Positions 47,746-61,363 of a DNA stretch of 64,000 nt are shown piece after piece (within the stretch, counting starts at the first letter, position 1; each line of letters starts with the position of its first letter). The stretch lies in assembly GCF_009914755.1 (NCBI RefSeq), contig NC_060925.1; one strand, 5' to 3'. The notes beneath the pieces were generated by a model that saw nothing but the letters and a program-made list of their open reading frames with translations, was not told the origin of the DNA and ran no database searches. The translations under genes and the position numbers were made by a program. The DNA is from the human T2T-CHM13v2.0 reference genome, Homo sapiens.

Positions 47746-49084
47746 ACTAGCCCCAGTCCCTGTCTAAATTGTTATAGTTTTTGACTATTATCTGAATTAG
47801 TCTTATCCAAATTTCATATGCAGATTGATTTTTCATTTTGTATGTATATTACATGATATAACTATTTTCATAGAATATATTTCTAATTTACAAACACTGA
47901 ATTATTAGCTTGATAGAGTTTCTCCCAAACCTTATAAAACTTTGAAATGTACTTATGTTTGAGCTTTAAAAATTATAAAAACTTCATTTAAACAAGTTGC
48001 TGGCATCATTACTAGCCTTTCCACCTATAATTATGATGCATTTGATGCCACTGAACAGTAATAGCACAAAGAACAGGTCACACAGTCTAGACTGGATTGA
48101 GTTTTAATTAAACTTCTTCATCCATAGCCTGATAAGAATCAGGCTGGGTCTAGAAGAGTTATCAGACTGTAGGCCTGTATTAATTTTGCAAGCTAATGTT
48201 AATGTTTACTGCCAGCCTTGCATAGCAATGCCAGTTTGCAGTTGTGACTATGATGTGACTTTTGGTAAAAATGGTTTATATCTAAAGTAGTTTAGATTTT
48301 ATGGAAGTGGCTCTTGATTGTTTGGACAAGCAGGGTAGGTAAATTTCAATTACGTTTGAAGTGTAATTAAATCCTAGAATAGAGCACTCTCCAGAAAAAA
48401 AAATGAAAAAAGAATTTGGAGAATATCCTGGCATGAAAACTTTTTTGAATAATACGTAGAATTTTGACAAGGTTCATACAGTGCATACAGTGTGACCTTT
48501 TCTGAGGTGGGCAGGGAGGGTTGCTACGTTGTGTTGATTTAAAATTTCAAGGAGGAACAAAAACATTCTAGCCAAGGAGAATTGCATTGTTATTTTTTTT
48601 CTACTAATTTAAACGTGCATTTTTCACAGTTACACATTTAAGTTTTGCTACCAAAAATGGCCATTTTTCTAGACAGATAACATTTTCCTAAAGTGGAAGA
48701 GAGATCCACTGTTCTAAAAAAAAAAAAAAAAAAAAACACTAAATTGTGCCTTCTCCCTTAAATTATAAGAAGAGTAATAGTAAAAACTTGTTTAAACTAT
48801 ATTTTCTTTTTTTCTAATCCCTCTCAGTTCTCCTTAGATCTGCCTCCTACAAATGATCATGTTGTTTGCATCTGCCTGATTGAGTTCCCTTGGTCAAACC
48901 TCTCCCTATCACTATCAGAAGTTGTTCACTAAATGTATTTTCCTATTTCTTTCATGTTGATTGACTTTATAAGTCACCTTGGTAAACATAACATTTGGCT
49001 ACCTTCTCATGCTTTATAAATGAATTTGATGAATGGCAGTTTTTATATTTTAACCCTTTAAAAAGTTTGTCAAGGAAACAACTC

Positions 49085-49250
49085 AGAGCTAAGAACAAAA
49101 TCTAACTTGGAATCAGTTTCTTCCTTTGGCTGCTGAAGCAGCAGCAAGTCACGTAACCTCATTTAGTTTTTTGATTTACAAAATGTGGATAATAACCTAC
49201 CTCACAGATGTGTGTGAGCAACTGTTTGAAAGCCCTTGTTTAAATACAGG
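49085..49250 (+). mobile_element. MIR fragment in the 3' UTR
   Basis: gcaagtcacgtaacctc...aaaatgtggataataacctacctcacagatgtgtgtgag matches the MIR core. Confidence 0.7.
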
Positions 49251-49663
49251 GTTTATATCCCCACATTCAATGTAAATTCCTTTTTTTAAAAAAAATAAGT
49301 ATCTTTGATACTGATAGGATGAGTATCTTGATTTTTAGGTAAGATCACAGTTTCACAAATTGTGGTGTTGTTAGGTGACATTTAATATTTCTTGAGACCT
49401 CAAGTATTCAAATATCAAACTTGTCCTGTGTTGTAACAAATATTCAGAATCTCTTAAAATGTTGGCTGAAGCTGCCTTAATGTACCAAAATACAGCTCTC
49501 AAGACTGTTCACAAATATCTGTGGTTGTACAATGTTTTGAACATTTAATGTAAAGTTGTTGTAGAACTGTGAACTCTAAGGATAGTATCTTTATTGTTTT
49601 AGGAAGAATGGTTGTGTTCTTTGTCATGTATGCTTAAATATACAGTGGATTTTGAATGCAACA

Positions 49664-49669
49664 AATAAA
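49664..49669 (+). terminator. Candidate poly(A) signal AATAAA
   Basis: TGTA upstream (about 49626) and ttggttgtgtc downstream. Confidence 0.55.
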
Positions 49670-50172
49670 ACTGAAAACAGCCATTTGGTTGTGTCATGAC
49701 AATCATAATATAGGATATAATATTTACTTTTTTTCAAAAACATCCTGCATTCATTCATTCTTAGCATACCTTTGAAAAAGAAAAAAAAATCCATAGGTTG
49801 ATACATTGACCCATTGAAGTACTTCATTACGTATTTATTGAAAATTTTTTTTAATTGTTGAAATTGGGACCACTTTTTATAATTGGTTTCAAGAAAAAAA
49901 AATGAACAGACTTCCAGTGCTTTTCTGTTCAAATAAACTCCGATTCAAATTTCAGTTTTGTTTGTTATATACTTTTTGTGAGTGTTAAATGATATGGGAA
50001 GGATTTGTCTTTCATTAACCATATGGAAAAGATGTCTTCCTGAATTACATAGCATTTCATAGTTACAGATTCTTCCTAATTAATGTTTGCACCATATGAA
50101 ACTCATAGGTAACAAACACAAAGGAGAAAAGCAGCCTGTCTGATTGCTTATAAGCTTTTTTCACAAAATCAA

Positions 50173-50178
50173 ATTAAA
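50173..50178 (+). terminator. Candidate distal PRKAA2 poly(A) signal ATTAAA
   Basis: Followed about 25 nt later by tatttttgtttctg; another AATAAA at 49932-49937. Confidence 0.55.
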
Positions 50179-50365
50179 AGTCTCTGATTCATTTGAAAGC
50201 TATTTTTGTTTCTGCTCCATCATTATGCTGGTATTCTGCACACCAACTAATAGTTACAGGAAAGTTGTTAGTGGAAAAGATTGCCTATACTCATTGGTGA
50301 TTTCACACCATCTTTTTTCATTTTTGTCATCTTAGTTGTACATTATAGTTTTTAACTTGAGTTAT

Positions 50366-50830
50366 TGCATTGGTTTTCTACTGTTGCTGTAACAAATTAC
50401 TACAAACTTAACGACTTAAAATACAAATTATTTTATTGTTCTATATGTTAGAAACCCAGCAGGCTTAGCTGGTTTTTCTGCCTCAAGTCACACAAGCTGA
50501 AAACCAAAGCATTGATAGGGCTGGGCTGTGGAGGAGAATCTGTTTCCAGTTGCATTGAGTTGTTGGCAGAATTTCATTCCATGGTGCTGTAGGATTGAGG
50601 TCCCTGTTGCCTTTTTGGCTGTTGGCTAGGAATCATTTAAAGCTTCTAGAGGCCATCATCCCTTGGCCCTTGGCTCCCTTCATCTTCAAAACCAGCAACA
50701 AGTGGCTTATGGGTTGGATCTCTTCTTCCTTCTCTTCAACTACATGTTTCTGACTTGCTGAGACTGACTTTACTGCCTTCCTTTTCAAATTTTAAGGGCT
50801 TATGTGATTAAGTTGGGCCCACCTGGACTA
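50366..50830 (-). mobile_element. MaLR LTR (MLT1D/E-like), just past the distal poly(A) site
   Basis: tgttgctgtaacaaattactacaaactta...ggagaatctgtttcc...ttaagggcttatgtgatta..ttgggcccacctgga. Confidence 0.75.
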
Positions 50831-51997
50831 TGTGCTTTTTGAAAAGCATACTTTAGCCCTCATGAAAAAGAAAAATGCAAGCATATTAAAATCAGGATAT
50901 ACAGGTAAAGATTTCAATTTGCTTTTTCTAAACTTGAAGGAAAAGAATGGATTTGTTTTTATTAGTGAAAATATTTTTTATTTCCTAAATTGCATAGATA
51001 ATAGATGCTTCCTATAGGAAATTTGAAAAGTGAAGGAAATTTAAAGAATCAGAAAAATCTCACCCATAATAAGAGGCAGCCACTTCTTAGTTTTGTTATT
51101 GTATGTTCATATTTTTCCTCTTCCATTTCTTCCCCCTAGAATATACCTTTTAAAAGTTTTGAAGATTTGCAGGAGAGGGCCTGGTCAAGAAGGTTGCTAT
51201 GACATCTTAGAAGAGTGAGTATATCACAGAGAAACTCAGAAGCGGGAAGGGAGGTCTTGGGACATCTTAAGGTTGCTGGAGGGCCTGGCCTATATGTCAG
51301 TGAGTTTATGAGTAGGCCAGTGTTAAGCCTCTGTTACAGTAAAGTGCTTTAGTATGCTGCCTTTTATCTGATGATGCCATTATCTTTACTATATTTTTAT
51401 ACAAAATTGAAAATAAAAGGTAAACTTAGTCTTTCCATTGAAGCTTTATGCTCAATTAGGGTTTCTAGGAGACAGATGACATCTGCTTAGAATATTACTG
51501 AAGTCTTAGTTATGGTGTTTACATTTTGAAACCTTGCAGATTAATAATGTGAAAAATATAGTTTTGATGCTTTGATTCCAAGAATGGAGGAAATGTGACT
51601 GATATTAGTGAAATAGAAACATAACTGCATTAAGTATGGATAGAAAGGATAGAAAAACAATCATTTTTTTCTAAAAACCTATACCATATCAATAAATAAT
51701 AGTTAGGTACTAGTTTATATTAGACAAAATAGTTTATACTTTAGTATACCATATTTAATAGGCTTTTAACCCTGAACATTTTTCTGTCTATGCAAAAAAA
51801 TTACTTAACAGCCATTCTTTCAAGTCTTACAATTTGAATTTTAAAAATGTATTTTTGTTTTCAGCATCTTCCAACTTCAGAAAAAGCCAGGTACAAAAAT
51901 GACACCACTTATACAGTAGTGTGTATTCAGGATTTTAGACTACTTTTATATTATTACATTATAGCATAACAACTACCCTGTGAAGTAGACGAGATGA

Positions 51998-52329
<332 letters not shown>

Positions 52330-53659
52330 TAGCCCTGTTTTAATAATAAGGAAATTGAGATGCAAAGAGCTGAGTCAAATTAGAACAAGGGGCCATGTAA
52401 TGAGGCAGAAAGTGCAGGGGACAAACCTATCTGAATTCAAATTTAGTCCCACTGTCACTCCAAGATTTAAAAGGCTTAATGGCTTGGTGAAGTGGCAAGA
52501 GTGATGTATGGTATATGATTCTCTGTTGGACAGGATTACTGCATGAAAGATTTCTGCTCAACATAGTCATATACTCTTCTTGCCCACAGACCATACTTAG
52601 CCTTGTCTTCTACAGTGCCTACAATTATTGTCCTGGAGAGCAGGAGAGGGCTGCAATTGCCTCTCACTGGGTAGTAGATTTAGTTCAGGGGGTCCAAACA
52701 GAGGAGTTTGGTCTCTAGTCTAAGCAGAAATAAATTTCCAATCTTTGGTACCAGCCTTAATTTCATCTCCCAGAAAGGAAGTCTCAAAGCCATTCCCTAA
52801 TTCTCCTCCTCTCTCATCGCTACATCTAATTAGTCACCAAGACATTCTGTTTTACCTCTGTAATACCTCTAATGGGGCTCCTATACCATATATTTCTGTT
52901 GCTGCTGTCTTAAGCTGTAATGCCCTTTTGCCTAGAATATTGCAAAAACGATTACTCTCTCCTCTATTATCCATATTGGTGATTGCTTCCCATCCCCCAA
53001 ATATTTGGCATTTTCTTCCTGTCCCCCAAATAATAACTGGCATTTTCTTCCTGCTTAACCCTTAAATGACTCCTTACTCTCTAAAGGAAAAGGTACAAGT
53101 GAAGTCTGTCACATTGTAGCCCCACCTTACCCCATGCCAAACAAACAGCTCTTGCCATTCCCCACCAGACAGACATTCTACACTCCATTTACTTTGAATT
53201 TCTTCATAATCAATCAATCACCAGACAGAGCATGGATCTTCCATCAATCATCTCTGTGCCTTGTCTAATAAATAAACATAACATATTTAAAGACGAAGCT
53301 TCAGTGTTACCTTCTCTGTAAAATATTTTTTAATCCTTTAGCTGTTCCATTCATATCTTGTTTAATTACGTTATTTGTAATAATCTCTACAGATCTCCTT
53401 CTCTAAACTCTGAACTTTTTGAATATCTTTGATTCCTGTCTTTTAGAATAAGTTTGGCCTTTATTGACAAATGTCATTTGGAACATGAAAAGGAAGATAA
53501 AAGAACCTAGAAGCTTAAAAAAAAAATGGCCTCAATATAAAGAACAAGGCCATGGAAACAAATTCCATCACACTTGTGAAGGCCAGAATAACCCTGCTTA
53601 AAGAACTGAGTGAAATTCTTCAGTTTTTCAGCGCTGAAAAAGCCACTTTCAAAAATTTT

Positions 53660-54537
53660 AAACTGTTAAATGCATATGTAGAATTTATTTCTCTTATTGA
53701 CATGCAGTGCACCTCATTTAAAAAACAGAATAGATGTCAGCTTTTAAATTTTTATTTAATTCCATATAAATGAAAGTACATATGAATGCTATTATTTGAA
53801 TAGTTATTTGGGCATAGACAAAATAATGACAATTGTTCTTATTTTGGACAAAAAGATGTTTTAAAGTAATACAGCATATATATTATTTTGTTAAATACAT
53901 TTGGGCACTTCTTAAAATGATGGGTGAATTTAGGAATAAATTATTTTTCTGCAAACTATTCCCAAAAGAAACAAATGTGGAACAGTATTCATATGAGTTT
54001 ATTTTTGTGATAAAGTAAAAGGACATTTATACTTTTTTAAAGACTGAGCCATAATTAAGATTATACCTTAAACTTGAGTATTTAAAAGACCTTGGTTACA
54101 CTGTTTACTGTTCAGAATTAAATTATACCAAGTTTGAGTGCACAACATCTAGAAATTACAAATGCTCATATACTAATATTAGAAGCAAACTAACCATCTG
54201 CACAACTGACTAGGTGCCATAAGGCATGATTTCTAACTTTGGATATGGCTCATTAAATAAGTGCTCAAATGCTAACACATACTGTTTCACATTCTCTTGA
54301 ACTGACAGTGAAGTAGATACTGAAATAGACATTGAAAGATAACCTTTTAGGAGTAAAACCAACATCTAAATGTTGAGGATTTGTTTTTATTTTTCTCTTT
54401 TAAGTTCAGAACGAAAGTTTCCACAGATTCCACCATCTCAAAATTTTGACATGTAAACTGAAACTGATGTAACGCAGGACTAGGATCTTAGGACTAGTTC
54501 TCCTTTGTGCAGTCCATAGCATTTGATCTTGATTTTT
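53660..54537 (-). other. FYB2: FYB2 3' UTR (end approximate), AATAAA on the minus strand at 53684-53689
   Basis: tttatt on + at 53684-53689, with an alternative at 53751-53756. Confidence 0.6.
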
Positions 54538-54559
54538 CTAAGGTGACCAACTTTGATGC
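54538..54559 (-). CDS. FYB2: FYB2 last exon coding part (KHQSWSP*)
   Basis: Minus strand ttttttcacag|G CAT CAA AGT TGG TCA CCT TAG; phase fits the previous exon. Confidence 0.88.
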
Positions 54560-54888
54560 CTGTGAAAAAATAAAAATATGCAAACATTTTAAAATATAGG
54601 ACAATGAAACAGTTGAGTGGGAGATTTCTAGGGAATTTCTGATCTAGTTTAATATGTTTGTGTTCTTTTAAAATGTTTATAAAGCTGTGTAGAGAAGTTT
54701 GATAGCATACTCAGGAGAGACAGTAATAAAGTCTCTTCCAACATAATCCTTATAGAATAGGGCACTGCATGTCTAATTTTTAAAACTTATCCTGAATTTC
54801 AATAAATTCAGTAGTCTTCTCTTGAGACTAATGTATACAACAATGTATTAGGAACTCATGATTTAAAGTATAAAATCAAACAGCTTAC

Positions 54889-54922
54889 TTGAAATCTAGA
54901 TGTTCAATGAGCACATATCCAT
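54889..54922 (-). CDS. FYB2: FYB2 34-nt penultimate exon (YGYVLIEHLDF/K)
   Basis: Minus strand tttctattag|ATGGATAT ... TTTCAA|gtaagc; completes the GKYGYV motif; preceded by a 117-nt intron. Confidence 0.92.
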
Positions 54923-55039
54923 CTAATAGAAACAAAAGTCACCGTTAATTTGAAAGTTATAGAGAAAATGTTTTTTTAAAGCATTTTAAGATTTTTTAAA
55001 AAGAATGAAATATTATGAAAGATAAGCAAATAAACTTAC

Positions 55040-55196
55040 ATTTGCCTTTAGAATTACGACATATCACTAGATTTTGTTCGGTGGTATCAATGACTTCCAA
55101 TTCTTCTCCAGGACTTATTGGCAAATCAAATATTCCATTTCTTGAATTATTGGAACAGGCCACTGCTGTATTGATGACAATAATCTCTTTGTCGTA
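55040..55196 (-). CDS. FYB2: FYB2 exon, SH3 core (YDKEIIVINTAVACSNNSRNGIFDLPISPGEELEVIDTTEQNLVICRNSKGK/Y)
   Basis: Minus strand ctcatttcag|TACGAC ... GGCAAAT|gtaagt; 157 nt; DLPI.PGE.LEVI...CRN..GKYGYV is the ADAP-family hSH3 signature. Confidence 0.93.
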
Positions 55197-55451
55197 CTGA
55201 AATGAGAAATTACTAATCAGACCATTCTTGCATAGTTGTTATTTTTCATAACAAAATTAATGGAGGATATAATATAGTAACTTCAAAATTAACTCAAGAT
55301 ACTATTGACTAGTTAAATAACACATACAGGAAGAGAAAATAGGAAAGTATGCAGTTAAAGGAAAGTCGTTTAAGAAAATAATAGTAAAATGGTGCAATCT
55401 CACATTTGTTTGGTATGATTATACTTTCAAAGTGTTTTCACAACCATTATT

Positions 55452-55666
55452 ATTATTTTTTCTCTCAAATCTTTTTTAAAATTATTCTTTTTAGGTATGG
55501 GGTACATGTGCAGGATGTGCAGGTTTGTTGCATAGGTAAATGTGTGCCATAGTGGTTTACTGCACCTGTCAACCCATCACCTAGGTATTAAGCCCAGCAT
55601 GCATTAGCCATCCTTTCTAATACTCTCCCTCCCCGCACCCTATCCCCAGACAGACCCCAGTGTTTG
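55452..55666 (-). mobile_element. Older L1PA 3' fragment with TSD cacaacc(a/g)ttatt
   Basis: gggtacatgtgcaggatgtgcaggtttgtt...ctaggtattaagcccagcatgcattag; TSD at 55439-55451 and 55667-55679. Confidence 0.88.
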
Positions 55667-58072
55667 CACAACCGTTATTTAATTGTACTAGAATGAGCCC
55701 TGCTGGATGAGGTTGTAACATAGGTATGAATTAAGCACCATAGATGGTAGTTAACTGTTCCATTACTAAAACCTCTGTGTAGTGCCTTAAAGCTTATAAT
55801 ATTCTTACATACCTATCATTTCTAGATGACACTCTTTCCATGCTTTTTCTCTGTGTGAGCTTATGTATTCTTATATATAGCTATACTACATGTTATTTCA
55901 AAGTAGTAGGAATTGACTGTATCCAGTTGGGGGCAATTCCCAGTCTCCTTTTGTATTCACAGGCAGGCAGGCATTTTGTTAGAAACTCCTGAGAAATTCA
56001 ATTCCTGACCTTGGGTATCTTTTCCTGACAAACTGACCTATACATCTGCAGCACATCACTTTCTAATGCACTGAAATCTGTTGACCACAAATAAATAGTT
56101 CCAGAATACGCAGCTTAGATTACAGGTACCTACTTCTCCAAATTAGTGTGACCAAATATCTCCTTTTGCCCAGGGTATTGTCTGTTTATAACTAATGTAT
56201 CTATCTATAACTATTTATTATTATGATTAAGAGTGCCTCCTTCCACTCTTAGAAGTGTCCTGTGTTTGGATCATATATTACAAGATCAACCTATACCAAA
56301 TGAGATCAGAAATACAAGACAGATTTTTCCTTTACTTAAAGTAATCGCTTCCTTACTGGCTTTTTTATCCTTTACAGGCCATTACTCACTGTGAATTCAT
56401 AGTGATTTCTTAAAATACAAATCTAATTGGTCACCCTTCTATTTACAAAGTTCTAAAAACTCCTTATTGCTTTCAAGATGAGATCCACACTGCTTAGCTC
56501 GACATTTGGGGTCCATTGCATACTGTCATTCCCCATCCCTCTATCTTTGTCCCCTTTACTGAAGCTGCATCAAGCTACATGACAATCCTTGAATACATGC
56601 TGTTTACTTGAAATACTCTTATGTCTCTTAACCACTTCACATGAAGACTGTTATGACTGCCATATATAATTTACTGTCTTAACTATGCTTTATATCTATT
56701 CCTATTATAGAATTTAATAACATACTGTCTTATCAAATGAAAATAGTAGACAGTCTTATTCATCTTTGTACCCCCAGTGCCTGGCACAAGTGAGCTATAC
56801 AACGTTTTATGATTTGAGCTGGACAAAAATTATTGAAATGGCCTATCAAGGAAACCCACTACAGGTAATAAGAATGGAATTATACACATATACAGGAAAT
56901 GGAATATCTTTCACACATGAAACAATAAAAAACACACAGAGGTGGAAAAAAGGATTGGATGGAATATAAGGGTCTTTTCAACAAGTAATTGCCTCACTGT
57001 TGTTTTTCAATTAATCAAGTAACATCAGGGTTGCAGTAGATAATAACATATCACAATTTCTAGATATAGTAACCCCAATCAGCTTTGGTTCAAACAGGAA
57101 TTATCAGTGATGATGAGAGATTTGTGTACATTCCTATTTTAGTTCATCTCAAAAAATATTTTATGCATGTTTACAAAATGCTAAGCAGCCTTATTATGCT
57201 CTGCACATGGATATAAACATAAATAAAATAACCATTGTCCTCTAGGAGCTCATAGTGTAATATGATGAACATGTAATTCCAATTACTTTAATGTGTGATA
57301 AGCTAGAGATTGCTCAAGTATATAGGTAAACAGAAGAAGAGTAATTTATTTAATTAGAAGATTTGGGCAAGTCTTCCTGGAGAAGAGGAGATGCCTCGAC
57401 TGGGTCTTGATAAATGAACGAGCTAGTCAGATACAGAAAAGTGCAAAGGTGTACCAGAGAGTTGGAATAGACCAAGGAAGCACTTAGAGGGATGAAATAG
57501 CAAGACAAAGATAGAGGTGGAGGTTCATTCGAGGGACAGAACTATGAGCAGTTTGTTGCCAAAGCAGAAAGTGCAAGGCAAAGAGTGGCAAGAGATAAAG
57601 CCAGGAAGATATGCAAAGATCAGGACATAAAGAGCTTTCTATGCCATGTTAAGAAGCCTAAACTTTAACCATTTTGCAAGGGGGAATTTTTGAAAAATTT
57701 TAGGCAGCATAGTGACTATGAGGAGGATGCACACTTTGTCTCTCTCAGTCCAGTGTCTAGCACATGGAAGGTGCTCAGTATGTTTCATAGTTAATAATCC
57801 TCACTTTGACAATATATGAAATCAGGGAAGTTTGAGCTTTAGAATAATGAAAAAATGTCCCATGGACTCTTAATAACAGAATAAGAAGGCAGAGAGCTTC
57901 GGATGCTGCATCATTCATTTGTTCATTTTGTCATTCATTTGCTTGTTTATTTAGGCATTCATTTACCAAACACTGTGCTTACAGTTTTATGTCAGGCCCT
58001 GGGGAACAAACTTGAATGAGACAGGGTTTCTTTCTCAAAAAGGACTCAAGAGATTAATTAAAGATTCACAGA

Positions 58073-58106
58073 CACACACACACACACACACGCACACACA
58101 CACACA
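58073..58106. repeat. (CA)n microsatellite, one interruption
   Basis: Direct reading. Confidence 0.95.
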
Positions 58107-58454
58107 AATGCTTTAATACAACTAATCAGTGTTACAAAAGACGTGTAAAATAGACATATAAAATGTGCTGAAGGAGTAACTTAACCTGGACGAGTTAGGG
58201 AGGAGTGGGTGACATTTGAACAGAGCCTTCAAGAACAACTTAGGAGTTTTTCCAGGAAGAAGGAATAGCATGGACAGACATAACAATATAGAAATGTACC
58301 AGGAAAAAATAGGAATGAAATGCTGGCTTTTTGTGTCAAAGATCATGTCTGTATCTCAGAGAGGCAGAGGCACAGCATACTTACAGATTTTTTTTTTAAA
58401 TGAAAGCTCCTAGCTGTTAATATTGCTAATTTTTACCTTCAGAAGAGAACGTAC

Positions 58455-58548
58455 CTTAAACCTTTCTCTAAATAGTTTTTCTTCTCTTTTCATTCTGTTC
58501 TTTTCTAAGTTTTGCTTCTTGGTTTTGAAGAAATTTCTAGGAGAGAAA
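58455..58548 (-). CDS. FYB2: FYB2 exon (FSPRNFFKTKKQNLEKNRMKREEKLFRERFK; basic region/N-terminal helix of hSH3)
   Basis: Minus strand ttcttgctag|TTTCTCT ... TTTAAG|gtacgt; 94 nt; EEKxFRxxFK resembles the FYB1/ADAP hSH3 helix. A second in-frame acceptor would start the exon at 58536. Confidence 0.88.
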
Positions 58549-59671
58549 CTAGCAAGAAATGTGCAGGTAGGGTAAAACGTACTATAATAAAACTTTTTAA
58601 GTTTCTGAGCCTACGAAGTCACTTCATTTCAGGATAAATTCAGGTATAATTTTTTGTGATCATAATTTTATATAAAATAATACACAAAGTCACGCATCTG
58701 TATTTGTGTATATGTACACACACGTATGTAGGTTCATAATACAAATACACACATATATTTCCATTAGAGCAAATTGTCAAACAACTGATCAGGGTAATGT
58801 CAATTGCTTTTCGCTACAATTAAAAAAATATTTTTGATGGCAAGATAATAACGGGATAAAATCACATTGGTTAAACAAATGAAGGTAAACAAGAAACTTG
58901 TCTGAATGAGACTTAGAGATATAACTTTTTCTTTTTTTTAGGTTTAGGAAATTTATAAATGTTCCCATTCACCTTCAGACTATTTAATGGAAACCAGTAA
59001 GAATAAGTAAGCAGCTTACTTTGTGTGGTTTTCTAAGTTGTTAAACCTAATTGGGGATCACAAGTCTACATGGTTCAATCGAAGAGCTCTCCAGTTTGCT
59101 GAATGTTTTGGAGGATGAATACCATTAAGAAAATAAAGAAAGATGCCACAAAACGTGTGAGAATTTCAGCACTTAAAAATAAATAACCCTACAGAAGAAG
59201 CTGATTATACTCTTAGTCCTCCCTCTTGCTCTTCACATGAGATTTGGTTCTTCTTTTTAGCAGTTCAATGTATTGACAGAAGTAAAAAAGTCAACCAAGT
59301 CCTGTTAGTCTTATTCCTAAGTGTCCCCTACATTTGTTTATTTCCAAGATTACAGCCACTGCCATATTTCAGATTATCACTACTTATTGCCTGAGATGCC
59401 ATCTTCGTCTTACCTCACCTTCCTCAAATTCATTGGTGTATCTGCCTGCAGAGTCATTTTTCTAAAATTTAGTTATGTCACTCTCTTGCTTAAAACCTTT
59501 CAATTTCTCTCTATTGCCAATAGGATAAAGTCTAAATTCATTAGCATTTTATAATCTGGCCTGATCATCTTTCCAGCTTCATCAGCTGCCCATTTCCCTA
59601 CACATTACAATGTCTACTTGGGTCATCTTAGAAAGTGGGTTATCCTTTTCATGCTGTTATACATGGGATAC

Positions 59672-60096
59672 TGCTATGGTTTGGATATTTGATTCCTCCA
59701 AACCTCATGTTGACATTTGGTCCCTAATGTTGGAGGTGGGGCCTAATGGGAGATGTTTGGGTCATGGGGTTGTCTCCCTCATGAATGGCTTGCTACTGTC
59801 CTCTTGGTAATGAGTGAGTTACCACTCTCACAGTTTCCTAGAGCCTGGCATCTCATTTGTTAAAATGAGCCTGGCACCTCACTTGTCTGTCTCTCTTCCT
59901 TTATAGCCATGTGATGTCTGCACATTCTCCTTCACCTTCTGCCATGAGTAGAAGCAGCCTGAGGCCTTCACCGAAGCAGATGCCAATGTCATGCTTCTTG
60001 TACAGTCTACAGAACCATGAACTAAATAAACCTCTTTTCTTTATAAATTACCCAGCCTCAGGTGTTCCTTTATAGCAACACAAACAGACTAAGACA
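59672..60096 (+). mobile_element. MaLR solo LTR (MSTB-like)
   Basis: tgctatggtttgga...tggaggtggggcctaatggg...aaataaacctcttttctttataaattacccag...cagactaagaca; TSD gatac/gataa. Confidence 0.88.
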
Positions 60097-61363
60097 GATA
60101 ACCTTAGCCAACTTTTCTTTAAACTTGCCATCATCTTTGATTGATAAAAGAATAATAAAAGGGTTGAACTAATACTTCTTACTTACTGTTAGAATACATT
60201 ATGGTAGAAATCATTTTAAAAATGATACAGAAATTGATACAGAAATAACTAGCCTTACAGTAATGTTTTCTAATTTACTTGGTTCAGAATAAAATTATAC
60301 TGTTATATCACTCTGTTGTAAAAAAATAAAAAGGCACTGGAAAATTGTTTCCTAAGAAGACTTATTTGTAGTTATCAACATACTAAAAAGCTTTTTGGGG
60401 GGCAGATCAAAAATGTTACTAATAGTTCATCTCTTGGAATTCTGTTTTGTTATGCTGTGCAAATGTATGTAAAAGTATGAAGTTTAAGATAGAAAGCTGC
60501 TTTTCTAGTCTGTTAATACATCTTTCCAGCCTGAGAAAAATAAATTACATCAAGTCTAAACTTAAAGAAAATAAACTTACGAGAAGGGCCATCCAATGCC
60601 ATCCTCTGAATCTCAGACACTAATGTCTGGTTTCCTTTGGTGCACCCCAGTAGGACTTTTCTAACAGGTTTCCCAGAGCAGACAGACTACACAATGTTCA
60701 CATGTCAGTGACTATTTAAGCAAATATTTCCCCAAGTCATTTGTAGAGAAAGTACCTCATATCCTGCCCCATGTCCTAGCAATTGAGAAGATGGGATCAG
60801 AGAGCAGTAAGTAACCACCTGCCTCAGTAAAAACATCCTCTCACAACCACTTGGGAAATTTAATTACATGAATGCAGGTTAGATCTTGACTCAGTAAAAC
60901 ATTTTCTTGTAAAATTCTAACACTAATTGTAGTCATAACTAGAATTATATTTTAGGGAAATTAGTCTTACTATATGATACCTAACTTTTTTTTTCTCAAA
61001 GTTACATTTAAGTTCTAATTAGTGTTTTATTTACATTATATCTTAGAGAGGGAAGTTCTTACACCTAAAAGAAAACTGGAAATTTGTCATTGTTTGAAAA
61101 TGGCTTACTTGAAATCTCTCACTTCCTATCCACCAAAAGTAGGGAGGAAGATGATGAAGATACATGGGTATGACACTTAATATTTTTATATTCTTTGTCC
61201 CTTTTAATCCTCTCAACTGTACCATGATGTAGGTGTTGTTATTCTCATCTTGTAGATGAAACAGCTGAGAATCAAATTTCATTACTTATCTGAGGCCACA
61301 CAGCTAGTAAGAGGTATAAATTGCAGCAGATAAGCTATAATAGAAGTGCCTCTGTGTTCCCAC

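Noticed and set aside
60581-60660. 80-nt minus-strand segment bounded by AG and GTAAGT, open in the FYB2 frame
   Set aside because: Weak pyrimidine tract; it frameshifts the next exon, and the adjacent acceptor would imply a 50-nt intron, too short for human.
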